In this document: one piece after another, positions 37,970 through 47,491 of the stretch
Layout: the number at the start of each line of letters is the position of its first letter
Numbering within the stretch: position 1 is the stretch's first letter
IMG/VR virus record: IMGVR_UViG_3300028048_003152
Coordinates: 4,795-68,794 of that record
Length of the DNA: 64,000 bases
Reading direction: 5' to 3' (one strand)
From: a virus
Taxonomy: Duplodnaviria > Caudoviricetes
The notes under the pieces: generated by a model
Databases searched by the model: none
The model's input: the letters and a program-made list of their open reading frames with translations, nothing else
What the model was told of the DNA's origin: nothing
Program-made: the position numbers and the translations under genes

Positions 37970-40147
37970 TCATCTGGTAGATAGGTGCATCACACGGTCT
38001 GCGATCTCAGCCGTCCTGCCCTGGTTGAAATACTGTGTACCCAGGTAGCCGCAGACACGGCGGCAGACGTTCATCCGCTTCTGGTCACGATTGCCGCAGT
38101 TCGGGCATTCCCAGACCAGCTTGCCGTCCTCTTCCACGATCCGGATCTCACCGTCAAATCCACAGACCTGGCAGTAGTCGGATTTCGTATTCAGTTCGGC
38201 ATACATGATGTTGTCGTAGATGAACCGCATAACAGCCAGAACCGCAGGGATGTTGTTCTGCAGGTTCGGCACCTCGATATAGCTGATCGCTCCGCCGGGA
38301 GAAAGCGCCTGGAACTCCGCCTCGAAGCCCAGCTTCTTGAAAGCGTCAATCGGCTCGGCCACATGGACGTGATAGGAATTCGTGATGTAGTTCTTATCCG
38401 TCACATGCTCGATCTTCCCGAACCGGCGCTGGAGGCACTGAGCGAACTTATAGGTCACGCTCTCCATTGGGGTCCCGTAGAGGCTGTAGCTGATATTCTC
38501 TGCTTCCCGCCACTGTGCCGTCTTCCTGTTCAGGAATTTCATAACCTCGATGCCGAAGTCATGACCGGCTGGATCGGTGTGAGAGACTCCCTTCATGCGG
38601 TACACACACTCAGAGAGCCCGGCATAACCGAGGCTGATGGTTGAGTAGTTGTCGTACAGCAGGCGGTCGATCTTCTCTCCCTTCGCAAGGCGGCTGATTG
38701 CACCGTACTGCCAGAGGATCGGAGCAACGTCTGAAGGTGTGCCCAGCAGGGTCTTGTGCCGGATCATCAGCGCCTTGAAGCAAAGCTCGCACCGCTCGTT
38801 CAGCAGATGCCAGAACTTCGTCTCATCTCCCTCGGCGCTGCAGGCCACATCCACCAGATTGATAGTGACCGCTCCCTGATTAAAGCGGCCGTAGTATTTA
38901 TGACTGCCGTCCGGGTTCATGCCCTCGGTATCCGGAGTGAGGAACGCCCGGCATCCCATACAGGTGTATACATCCCCGTTCTTCAGCTGCCGCATGACCT
39001 TGGCACTGATGTAGTCGGGAACCATTCTTTTCGCAGTACACTCGGCGGCCATAACTGTCAGATACCAGTACGGCGCGTCCTCGGTCATGTTGTCCTCGTC
39101 AAGGACGTAGATCAGTTTCGGGAATGCGGGAGACACCCACACCCCGACCTCATTCTTTATGCCCTCGTGCCGCTGGCGGAGCGTTTCCGCGATGATCAGT
39201 GCCAGGTCATCCCTGGTCTGCCCTGCGGGAACCTCGTCCAGGTACATGAACACGGAGACAAAAGGTGTCTGTCCGTTGGTGGTCAGGAGCGTCTGTATTT
39301 GATACTGAATCGTCTGAACACCACGCTCCACTTCCTTCTTCACGCGCATTTCCGCCATGCGGCTGACCTCGGCCTCAGTGTACTCCCTGCCAATGGCGTC
39401 AAGCTCCTCCCGGATCTCCCGCTTATACTTCTGGCGGGACACATCCACAAATGGAGCCAGGTGAGCCAGGCTGATCGTCTGACCGCCGTAGGTGTTGGAG
39501 GCCACCTGCGCGATGATCTGCGTTGCGATGTTGCAGGCGGTCGAAAAGCTGTGCGGCTTCTCGATCAGGGTGTCCGTGATCACGGTGCCGTTCTGGAGCA
39601 TGTCCTCAAGGTTCACCAACTCGCAGTTTGAAATCGGACCGGAGACATAGCCCATGTCATGGATGTGGATGATGCCCTCGTCGTGAGCGCGGATCACATC
39701 CTCCGGGAAAATGTATCTCCGGCAGATATCCTCGGAGACCTCCGAGGCGAGGTAGTCCCTCATAGTAGAATTCAGGATCGGGTCCTTATTGGCGTTCTCT
39801 TGTTTTGCCAGCTCGTTATCATGACGCAGGAGCGACAGGATCTTCGCGTCCGTGCTGTTCTGCTTCCGCAGAAGCTCATGACGTAAGCGATAATCGCTAT
39901 AGTGCCGGGCAAGCCTGTACGCCTCGGCCTGATCCAGTTCATCGATCACCATGTCCTGGATCTCTTCGACGCTGACACTGCGGCCTGCTGCCTCGATCCT
40001 TTTCTCGATCCTGCCAACAATAAAACCGACCATCGTATCTGACAGCCGATCCTCTTCCGCCACCTCGCCGTTTGCGGCTTCAATTGCCTTCTGTATTTTC
40101 ATATAGTCGTATGGAACTTCGCTTCCATCCCGTTTGATGATCTTCAA
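37970..40147 (-). CDS. nrdD: Class III anaerobic ribonucleoside-triphosphate reductase
   Basis: ATP cone KIIKRDG, C-terminal CxxC..CxxC and glycyl-radical RRVCGYL; TTG start. Confidence 0.95.
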   Translation of the reverse strand: MKIIKRDGSEVPYDYMKIQKAIEAANGEVAEEDRLSDTMVGFIVGRIEKRIEAAGRSVSVEEIQDMVIDELDQAEAYRLARHYSDYRLRHELLRKQNSTDAKILSLLRHDNELAKQENANKDPILNSTMRDYLASEVSEDICRRYIFPEDVIRAHDEGIIHIHDMGYVSGPISNCELVNLEDMLQNGTVITDTLIEKPHSFSTACNIATQIIAQVASNTYGGQTISLAHLAPFVDVSRQKYKREIREELDAIGREYTEAEVSRMAEMRVKKEVERGVQTIQYQIQTLLTTNGQTPFVSVFMYLDEVPAGQTRDDLALIIAETLRQRHEGIKNEVGVWVSPAFPKLIYVLDEDNMTEDAPYWYLTVMAAECTAKRMVPDYISAKVMRQLKNGDVYTCMGCRAFLTPDTEGMNPDGSHKYYGRFNQGAVTINLVDVACSAEGDETKFWHLLNERCELCFKALMIRHKTLLGTPSDVAPILWQYGAISRLAKGEKIDRLLYDNYSTISLGYAGLSECVYRMKGVSHTDPAGHDFGIEVMKFLNRKTAQWREAENISYSLYGTPMESVTYKFAQCLQRRFGKIEHVTDKNYITNSYHVHVAEPIDAFKKLGFEAEFQALSPGGAISYIEVPNLQNNIPAVLAVMRFIYDNIMYAELNTKSDYCQVCGFDGEIRIVEEDGKLVWECPNCGNRDQKRMNVCRRVCGYLGTQYFNQGRTAEIADRVMHLSTR

Positions 40148-40623
40148 CTCATGTCCTCCCTCATTCTCTCCTCGGCTTCCTTCAACAGTTCCTCGCATGA
40201 TTTCCCTCCATGCTCCCGGCACTGTCTGTCCAGGCATTTGAAAACCTCGTTCTGCTCTTCTGCGCTCAGGTCGATGGTGTACAGTTCCTCGTTATCTTCA
40301 GAGTCGGAATTGACCACGACAAACTCGATGCAGCTGTCCATGTGATTATCTGCAAAACCGTTCAGGCCGACATAGAAGTCGTACCAGCCGTCGTTGTCGC
40401 AGGTATCGTCCGTGAACTCACCCATCGGATACATGGGCTTAAACCCTGCTTCCTTCCGGATACGGTCTGCAATTTGCGTCAGACCGTTTGTCGCAATCAA
40501 CTGGAATCCCACGGTTGAGAACCGGCAGGGATAATCCAGATAGCATTGGTCATCGCCGTACATGATCTCCGATCCGAAGTCGATGAAGATTTCGTCCTTC
40601 ACAAAGCCTTCTGTCAGCGTCAT
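40144..40623 (-). CDS. Hypothetical protein
   Basis: Coupled ORF (overlapping stop/start) in the operon. Confidence 0.65.
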   Translation of the reverse strand: MTLTEGFVKDEIFIDFGSEIMYGDDQCYLDYPCRFSTVGFQLIATNGLTQIADRIRKEAGFKPMYPMGEFTDDTCDNDGWYDFYVGLNGFADNHMDSCIEFVVVNSDSEDNEELYTIDLSAEEQNEVFKCLDRQCREHGGKSCEELLKEAEERMREDMS

Positions 40624-40907
40624 AGTCTCAACTCCTGCCTTCTGCATTTCCTATCCACCATGAGCTGTATCTCATGGTCGGAGATCCCGTAGATTTCCTG
40701 CATCTGCTTCATGCAGATAAGAACATCAGAAATCTCCTCGACAAGGTTGTATCTCGCCGCGCCGTCGTCCTTCCCGGCATTGGCAGCCCTGCGCATCTTG
40801 GAAACAGCCTGGATCAGCTCCGCGCATTCCTCCATGTGTACCATCGCCTGTGCGTCAGCGCCGTACCGGGCGATGACCTTTGCTTGCTGCGGAACGTTAA
40901 TCCACAT
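40620..40907 (-). CDS. MazG-like nucleotide pyrophosphohydrolase
   Basis: MEECAELIQAVSK...LVEEISDV. Confidence 0.8.
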   Translation of the reverse strand: MWINVPQQAKVIARYGADAQAMVHMEECAELIQAVSKMRRAANAGKDDGAARYNLVEEISDVLICMKQMQEIYGISDHEIQLMVDRKCRRQELRL

Positions 40908-41103
40908 CGCTGCCTCCCTTCTTCTGCTTTCCCAGAAATGTGATGTATCGGTTGATGTACCAGATCGCTTTGCGGAGATCCTCCTCCGTCTTCGCCGGGT
41001 CCTTGCGTCCGGCTCTTGCGATGTATTTCACGGCATTGCCGAGATGGTACGGCAAGAGCAGTCCTTCTTGTGCGAATATTCGGACAAGAGGGATTATCCG
41101 CAT
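40897..41103 (-). pseudogene. DUF3310-like protein, N-terminus replaced
   Basis: YHLGNAVKYIARAGRK...EDLRKAIWYI present; the usual N-terminal NHP.HY motif is missing. Confidence 0.6.
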
Positions 41104-41195
41104 AGTTTTTTTATTGCGAACGATTAAAAAGAACCCCGTGATCTCACGGAGTTCTAATGACTTGTTTAGGTGTTTTATGCGCATAAAATTTCATC

Positions 41196-41430
41196 CTACA
41201 AAAGACCGCACAGTCTTGCAGCTTCTTCTTCAGCATCAAGGCTCCATTCTCGGTCAACTTTGGGAACCCCAGGAGCGTTTTCCATTGCCTCCCTGAGCAT
41301 TTCAATGGATTCTTTTGCATAGTGCTTTTTGGTGGTCTCAATACTTTTATGCCCTGCTGTTCTGGCAATCAGTTCGATATCTACGCCCTTCTGATACAGT
41401 TCAGTAAACCTTGACCGACGAAAGCAAACA
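41196..41430 (-). pseudogene. Tyrosine recombinase C-terminal remnant
   Basis: FRRSRFTELYQKGVDIELIARTAGHKSIETTKKHY; low GC; terminator at 41126..41154. Confidence 0.65.
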
Positions 41431-41466
41431 GCACCCGCTATACAAATGATTCCTGTCATGATCCAG

Positions 41467-41793
41467 TCAAGCATCGCTCCCTCCAGTTTCTATCTCATCA
41501 GCTTCAGCTTGTTTTGCGCGGCACCATGCTGTCCTGCATTTCCCAGAGCAGAACTTTCTCTTCCGTCCCCGATCCGGCTGCTTAAGCTCTGTGCCGCAAT
41601 ATAAGCAGTGTCCGGTCTTCTCGCACCAGATCACATAGTTCAGTCGGACAAGGTTTCCATCCCCGCCAAGGCCGTGGGTCTTACAGTAAAGCTGCACCTG
41701 ATTTCTTCTCAGATGAAGGTCTCTGGCGATTGCTTTGTATCCGATTCCCTGTAGGCGCATGGCGCGGATCAGTTCTTTCTGTACATCGGTCAT
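41467..41793 (-). CDS. HTH plus zinc-finger phage regulator
   Basis: MRLQGIGYKAIARDL; CLYCG...KRKFCSGKCR. Confidence 0.75.
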   Translation of the reverse strand: MTDVQKELIRAMRLQGIGYKAIARDLHLRRNQVQLYCKTHGLGGDGNLVRLNYVIWCEKTGHCLYCGTELKQPDRGRKRKFCSGKCRTAWCRAKQAEADEIETGGSDA

Positions 41794-42054
41794 TCGCGCA
41801 TCTCCTTCTGCCATGCCCACACGGGCATCACTGTAACGATGGAAATATGTAAAAACGCCCGAGCTACTACATGTTTTCGCCTTGAAAACAGTGTGGTCTC
41901 GTGCGTTTTTGTAACGAAATGCAGCACCCGTAAGTACCTACGTCGGTCCTCGCTCGGGAAGCCGCAGATCCGCTGAATCACAAGGATTTATCAGCGTTTC
42001 AGAAGGTCTGCGTAGCTGCCTGATTCAGCCCGTCTGCGGCCGCTCCCAGATGGG

Positions 42055-42160
42055 GGCCCCTGCAATTTCGCGTTTTTTAACGCGAGAGGGGGCGGCGGTC
42101 TGTGGGAGACTTCAGCGTAGAGAAGTGACCCAGGGCCCCGGGGCCGCTCTCCGCCGCCTG
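42055..42160. other. Putative cos/packaging region
   Basis: GC-rich GAGAGGGGGCGGCGG, palindrome TCGCGTT-TTT-AACGCGA; downstream of HNH, upstream of terS. Confidence 0.4.
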
Positions 42161-42166
42161 CCCCGC

Positions 42167-42355
42167 TCACTTCTTCATTACGAGTACGACGATGGCTGCG
42201 ATGAAGACTGCGACACTGAAGGTCAGCCACAGAGGACTGAGTACCCAGAGCCAGCTCCAGGTGATGACGCCGGTCAGCTTCAGTGCGATGAACAGCAGGG
42301 TCAGCGCCTCGAAGAAGCCGAGCCCCACGGTCTTGATCTCTTTCTTCTCGTTCAT
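42167..42355 (-). CDS. Small phage transmembrane protein
   Basis: LTLLFIALKLTGVITWSWLWVLSPLW. Confidence 0.7.
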   Translation of the reverse strand: MNEKKEIKTVGLGFFEALTLLFIALKLTGVITWSWLWVLSPLWLTFSVAVFIAAIVVLVMKK

Positions 42356-42372
42356 GTACCTCTTCCTTTCTC

Positions 42373-42732
42373 TCAGTAGTGGTAGGTCGGTGTGTTATCG
42401 TTCGCCCTGGTCTTCATGCTGTGGTGACGGTGGCAGAGTGCCTGCCAGTTGCTCCTGTCCCAGAACAACTTCAGATCACCTCGATGCGGTACGATGTGAT
42501 CCACATCGGTGGTCTTGACGTACCGGCCTTCCTTCATGCACTCCACACACAGTGGGTGCGCTTCCAGGTACTGCTTCCTTGCTTTCTGCCATGCCCTTCC
42601 GTAACCGCGGGATTCGGCGCTGCGCACTTCCTCCGGGTGCATCGGCTTGTGGGCATCGCAGTATTTCGTGCCGTATGGCACAAGCGCCGCACAGCCGGGA
42701 TGCCGGCATGGTGTGTTTGGTCGTGATGGCAT
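42373..42732 (-). CDS. HNH endonuclease (packaging-associated)
   Basis: PLCVEC, VDHIVPHRGD, NWQALCHRHHSMKT. Confidence 0.92.
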   Translation of the reverse strand: MPSRPNTPCRHPGCAALVPYGTKYCDAHKPMHPEEVRSAESRGYGRAWQKARKQYLEAHPLCVECMKEGRYVKTTDVDHIVPHRGDLKLFWDRSNWQALCHRHHSMKTRANDNTPTYHY

Positions 42733-42792
42733 ATCGTGTTCTCCTATCGGGAGGGGAGTTGCATTTTCCCAGGTCAGGGCTGAATAACAACT

Positions 42793-42838
42793 CCCCTCAT
42801 ATACTGTCCGCTGAGAGGCCGATAAATAACTATCCCCT
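42793..42838 (-). promoter_or_regulatory. 46-bp operon-head motif, copy 2
   Basis: 41/46 identical to 56064..56109. Confidence 0.65.
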
Positions 42839-42858
42839 CAAAACTTTTTTATATTTTT

Positions 42859-43950
42859 TCAGGATTCCCACGGAAGGCCGGCTTTTCCGAAGTGGCCGTA
42901 TGCGGAAACGCGGTTATAATCCACATCGAGCAGACCGAGGCTCTGGATGATGCCCTTCGGCGTCAGGTCGTAGTTCTCTCGCACAAAGGCTTCCAGAAAC
43001 GCCTTATCCTGATGCTCCGTACCGAAGGTCTCAATATAGACGCTCACAGGCTCGGCCACACCGATGGCATAGGCGATCTGGACTTCGCATTTATCCGCAT
43101 ATCCGGCTCTCACGATATCCACCGCGATCTTGCGCGCCATATACGCACCGGAACGGTCCACCTTGGACGGATCCTTACCGCTCATCGCGCCACCGCCGAT
43201 ATGGGCGACTCCGCCGTAGGTATCACAGGCGAGTTTCCTTCCGGTCACGCCGCAATCGGCAAAACTGCCGCCGATCACAAAACGGCCGGTCGGATTGACC
43301 AGTTTTTCAAAATCCGTGTTCAACCCGTTTTCACAAGCGGCCAGAACCATGATGCCCTCGATGATATGGCGGAAATCTGCGGGATCCACATCGGGGCTGT
43401 GCTGAACCGAGCAGAGGAAAGTCGTGATCTTCCCGCTATCGTAGTCGAAGCTGACCTGGGCTTTCGCATCGGCGCGGAACATGCGGCTCGGATGCGCTTT
43501 CAGGATTTCGAGAAATCTGGTCGCCACCACGAACGGGATCGGCAAAAGCTCCGCCGTTTCATTCGTCGCATAGCCCATCATCATGCCCTGGTCTCCTGCT
43601 CCGCCTTTATCGACTCCCATTGCGATATCCGGGCTCTGCTCCTTCACCAGAATGCCGATGTCGGGACCGAGGAAGAAGGAATCCCTGAAATCGACCGATT
43701 TCCCATAGTCCAGCTTCTGCATTCCGATTCTCTCGAAGACCTGGTAAACCAGCGCCTTGTAATCCGGCTTGTGCTTGCTGGTCAGTTCGCCCGCGATGAT
43801 GATGTGATTGTCCTTGATCAGGACCTCAATCGCCACGCGGCTGTTCTTGTCGTGCTGCAGGCAGTCGGTCACAATCGCATCCGCGATCTGATCACAGATC
43901 TTATCCGGATGGCCATTGCTGACCTGCTCACAGGTGATAATTCTGCTCAT
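42859..43950 (-). CDS. metK: S-adenosylmethionine synthetase
   Basis: GHPDKICDQIAD, GAGDQG, GGGAMSGKDPSKVDRSG. Confidence 0.95.
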   Translation of the reverse strand: MSRIITCEQVSNGHPDKICDQIADAIVTDCLQHDKNSRVAIEVLIKDNHIIIAGELTSKHKPDYKALVYQVFERIGMQKLDYGKSVDFRDSFFLGPDIGILVKEQSPDIAMGVDKGGAGDQGMMMGYATNETAELLPIPFVVATRFLEILKAHPSRMFRADAKAQVSFDYDSGKITTFLCSVQHSPDVDPADFRHIIEGIMVLAACENGLNTDFEKLVNPTGRFVIGGSFADCGVTGRKLACDTYGGVAHIGGGAMSGKDPSKVDRSGAYMARKIAVDIVRAGYADKCEVQIAYAIGVAEPVSVYIETFGTEHQDKAFLEAFVRENYDLTPKGIIQSLGLLDVDYNRVSAYGHFGKAGLPWES

Positions 43951-44137
43951 ATGCTTTTCCTTTCTGCCGGTTCCTTCCGGCTCTCAAATAGTTCTTGATT
44001 TCGTTCAATGCCTCCCGGCCAATGTCGATCACCGAGAGATCCGGTCTGTGCGTCCAGACGATGGACACAAAAACAACTGCTGTAAGGATCAGCGGCAGGA
44101 AAACGATTACTACCGCCGCGGTTATCAAAACTCCCAT
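43928..44137 (-). CDS. Small membrane protein
   Basis: AGGAGG RBS; hydrophobic MGVLITAAVVIVFLPLILTAVVFV. Confidence 0.5.
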   Translation of the reverse strand: MGVLITAAVVIVFLPLILTAVVFVSIVWTHRPDLSVIDIGREALNEIKNYLRAGRNRQKGKAYEQNYHL

Positions 44138-44309
44138 GTTGCCTCCTCTCACCTGACCACCCTTTGTCCTTGCCACCTTTGTCCCTTGGCGCTCCGCCGC
44201 CATACCCACACAGATGGCCAGAGCAATACTCGGTCACATTTCAGCCGTCCACGATGCCAGCGGCCTCAAAGACCTATATTTCCTATCTTTTCTTCTTCTT
44301 TTCTTCTTT

Positions 44310-44482
44310 TGTCGCAAGATGTCGCAAGTAAAAACATTAATACATATAAAGAAACATAATATTAATAACCACCGTAAAAACCTGCGACAACCTGCGACAG
44401 CGCCATTTCAGGACAGACTTAGCCACCAGAAAAGAATTGAAAATGCATAGAATTTGCCTCTTCAAACGCATTCTGGTGGCTA
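44310..44482. other. Putative replication origin
   Basis: TGTCGCAAG x2 (44310, 44320), AT-rich spacer, CCTGCGACA x2 (44381, 44391), 12-bp inverted repeat 44420/44471. Confidence 0.55.
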
Positions 44483-44490
44483 CGCGCAGG

Positions 44491-46914
44491 TCAGCTGAAC
44501 GCAGCCTTCTCTTCCTCTGCTTCGCCGTTTTCCGTCTCCAGGAACCTGCAGCCAATGAGCATGGTTGTCTGACTTCCGCTGCCGTCATTCGGTCTCTTTC
44601 TCTGGATCGGGAAGAAACGCTGAATGGCGTTATTGAAGTTGGTGCTGTTTTCCTTCCTGTAGCCGTACTTGTCGCACCACTCCCCGTAGAGCTTGTAGGC
44701 GGCCGATGTGCGCACCTCGTAGGCTTCGCCCTCTTCCAGCCACGCATCCACGAACTGGCCGATACGGTCAGACTCCTCCTGATACTCCTTGGTGGCAAGT
44801 TTCACGGCTTCAGGGTCAGCCAAGTCGGACACCTTAAACTGCCGATATCCCTCATAGCACCAGTTGAAGATGGCGGAGAGGTTGGCGGGCTCGGCAAAGA
44901 AGTTCTTCAGCCCCTTATCCTGCTCATGCTCCTCAAAGTGACGCTTGAACGGTATCAGCTTCAGACGGTTCGAGTAGAACAGCGTCATATCGGACACGGA
45001 CGGCTTATAGTTGGTGTTGATAAAGATCTTGAAGTTGGGTTTGAAGTCAAAGCTGTTCTCGTGGAGGAACCGGGCGTTCAGGGTGTCGTTGCCGGTCATC
45101 CTTTTGACCAGAGCCGCATTGAAAGTAATCTTCTTTTCCGGCTCCGAGATGTTCACAAAACGCACGCCGGCAAGCCGGGCAATCTCCTCGGACGGTCCTG
45201 ATGCGTTGGTATTGCCAAACTTCGTAGACAGCATTTCCGGATTCGACGTTTTCCCGTAGTCTCCCATGATGCGAAGGAAGGTCTCCATGGTCGTGCCCTT
45301 ACCGTTGCGGCTCGTCGCGCCGTAGAGGATGAAAAGACATTCGAGGCTCGTATCCCCGGTCAGTGCGTAGCCCAGCGACTTCTGAAGGTAGGCCGCCAGA
45401 TCTTCATCACCGCACATGACCTCTGTAATGAACTGTGTCCAGCGAGGACACGATGCATCCGGGTCATAGGAAATCCCAGACATGAGCGTCAGGAAGTCAG
45501 CCGGATCATGCGGACGGAACTCTCCCGTTGTCAGGTTCAGCGTCCCATTCTGGCAGTTGAACAGATCGGTGTTACGGTCAAAGATAGAGTGAGGCACGGG
45601 ATACACAGACTTGGCATCCTCAATCATCGTCCTGCGGTTCTTTCGCATCTGGAGCTTCTGCACCCGCTTGATATAGCGATTCCTGGTATCCTCGTCCTTA
45701 ATCTGGAGAGCGAAGGTATAGAGGCGGTCAGCAAGGCGCTTGGCAAGCTCGGCCACAGCCAGGGCATTCTCATCCGGCTGCCAGACCTTTCCGTCAAAGA
45801 CATACCAGATTCCGCGCTCACGGTCGAAGCGGGCGATGGGCTTGAAGTAATCCGCGAAGGCGTAGCCGATGCCGATCTCGTCCCTCTGATAGCGAGGGTT
45901 CGTGTGCGGCTGCATCTCCTCCAATGTCAGTGTGACCTTGGACAAATCAGGCTCGAAAGAAGGCAGAGTATCCTCTTCGTCCAGATCATCAAAGTCCGTC
46001 TCCGCTGAATCCTTGTCCCGGATCGGTGTGTAGATGGTATCGTTGGTCGATACGGCATTGCGGATAGTGATCTGGCCGTAGGTGGCATCACCCGTCTGCC
46101 TGTCCCACTTATCCCTGCACAGCTTGGATGTGCGGAAGATGCGGTCGATCTGCTCCTCCACGTTCCCACACCAGAAGGCAAGGATGGAAACCAGAGCCAT
46201 ATCCGCATCCGACTGGCTGTCGTATCCTTCTTCCCACCTGCCCTCCATCAGGGCTTTAAACTTGTCACCCGATTCAGACTTGGAAGCGTGGGATATCACC
46301 TGCTCATCGGTCAGATAGGAACAGGGCTCCACGGTACGATTTGACACCTTCGCTTTCCGCTTCATGAATGTGTCCAGAAGGTTCTGCAGGGCCTCATCGT
46401 TGCGGGAAACAGAACCGGCGCGATAGGTGTCGCCAGTAACTGTGACAAAGCGGTTCGTGGTGCCGGGCAGATAAACCTCCAAACCATGCTGACGGTTGTT
46501 GATGTAGTAGACGGTCTTGTCGTAAGCGAAGTCGGGGGACAGTCTGAAGAATCCGCGAAGTCCGGATCCGGACGGCGATTTCTCAAAGTAGGCATCAGGC
46601 AGGAATGCCAGGATGCTCGCCGCCACATCGTTGAGACTTCCGTCCTCACGGATGCAGTGGTCGATGTCGATTGCGCCGATACCCTCGGATACGCGATAGC
46701 CGATTCCGTCCCAGCCGCCCATGGCGTAGGCTTTCATAGCCGTTCCGAAGTCGGAGAAAGTGGAAGCGTCATTGGTCTTCGCCAGCTGTCCCATCCTCGG
46801 ATTGTAGGGAACTTTGGTCGGCTTCCCCTTTCGTTTCTCCAGCTTCCACACGCAGAAGGAAGCATTGTTCTTCAGCTCCTGCGGAATGTTTACAAAGTTC
46901 ACTTTTGCGCTCAT
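44491..46914 (-). CDS. Phage primase-helicase (P4/D5 family, N-terminal primase-polymerase domain)
   Basis: AIDIDHC, EKSPSG.G, YDSQSDADMAL, GATSRNGKGT Walker A. Confidence 0.92.
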   Translation of the reverse strand: MSAKVNFVNIPQELKNNASFCVWKLEKRKGKPTKVPYNPRMGQLAKTNDASTFSDFGTAMKAYAMGGWDGIGYRVSEGIGAIDIDHCIREDGSLNDVAASILAFLPDAYFEKSPSGSGLRGFFRLSPDFAYDKTVYYINNRQHGLEVYLPGTTNRFVTVTGDTYRAGSVSRNDEALQNLLDTFMKRKAKVSNRTVEPCSYLTDEQVISHASKSESGDKFKALMEGRWEEGYDSQSDADMALVSILAFWCGNVEEQIDRIFRTSKLCRDKWDRQTGDATYGQITIRNAVSTNDTIYTPIRDKDSAETDFDDLDEEDTLPSFEPDLSKVTLTLEEMQPHTNPRYQRDEIGIGYAFADYFKPIARFDRERGIWYVFDGKVWQPDENALAVAELAKRLADRLYTFALQIKDEDTRNRYIKRVQKLQMRKNRRTMIEDAKSVYPVPHSIFDRNTDLFNCQNGTLNLTTGEFRPHDPADFLTLMSGISYDPDASCPRWTQFITEVMCGDEDLAAYLQKSLGYALTGDTSLECLFILYGATSRNGKGTTMETFLRIMGDYGKTSNPEMLSTKFGNTNASGPSEEIARLAGVRFVNISEPEKKITFNAALVKRMTGNDTLNARFLHENSFDFKPNFKIFINTNYKPSVSDMTLFYSNRLKLIPFKRHFEEHEQDKGLKNFFAEPANLSAIFNWCYEGYRQFKVSDLADPEAVKLATKEYQEESDRIGQFVDAWLEEGEAYEVRTSAAYKLYGEWCDKYGYRKENSTNFNNAIQRFFPIQRKRPNDGSGSQTTMLIGCRFLETENGEAEEEKAAFS

Positions 46915-47432
46915 TTCGCTGCGCTCCTTTCATCGTAGTGCTGTGTCAGAGGGATCAGGCCGAGCTGGACGGATACAGCGTGATCGACATCTGCGATCAG
47001 GTTTTTCTCATTGATCCTGCCCACATAGTTCCTCAGCTGATCCTTGCTGATGGTCGTGATCTGCTCCGCCAGAATCATGGAATTGTCCATCGTCTGATGC
47101 CTGTCCGCGATAGCGTCCGGATCCAGCTCCGTGTGGCACGGCAGATCCGGCTTCTTCAGCTGCCTCGTCATCGGCAGGACGTTCAGCGTCTCCGCATAGG
47201 TGTTGCCGACATCATTCGACACGATCAGCACCGGGCGACAGCCACCCTGCACAGAAGTTCCTGCATGCGGCTCAAGGTCTGCAAACCAGATATCGCCGCG
47301 CTGTGGCATGCGGTTCGTGTTCCGGTAGCGTCTCACGGGTGCATAGGTTGCTGCCGGCGCGATATACTTCCACGGATTGAAACCGAGCCGTGAACGGTAT
47401 TCTGTTCTCTTTCGTTTATTCTTGCGTCCCAA
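46911..47432 (-). CDS. PemK/MazF-family endoribonuclease
   Basis: RGDIWFADL, SVQGGCRPVLIVSND, LAEQITTISK; GAGGAGG plus TTG start. Confidence 0.85.
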   Translation of the reverse strand: MGRKNKRKRTEYRSRLGFNPWKYIAPAATYAPVRRYRNTNRMPQRGDIWFADLEPHAGTSVQGGCRPVLIVSNDVGNTYAETLNVLPMTRQLKKPDLPCHTELDPDAIADRHQTMDNSMILAEQITTISKDQLRNYVGRINEKNLIADVDHAVSVQLGLIPLTQHYDERSAAK

Positions 47433-47491
47433 GTTGTTCTTCACCTCCTCGATAATATGTAAAGGCCGGGGATGTTCTGCCCCAGCCTGCT

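Noticed and set aside
42167-44137. Small membrane ORFs as holins
   Set aside because: No endolysin anywhere in the window and the position is not that of a lysis cassette
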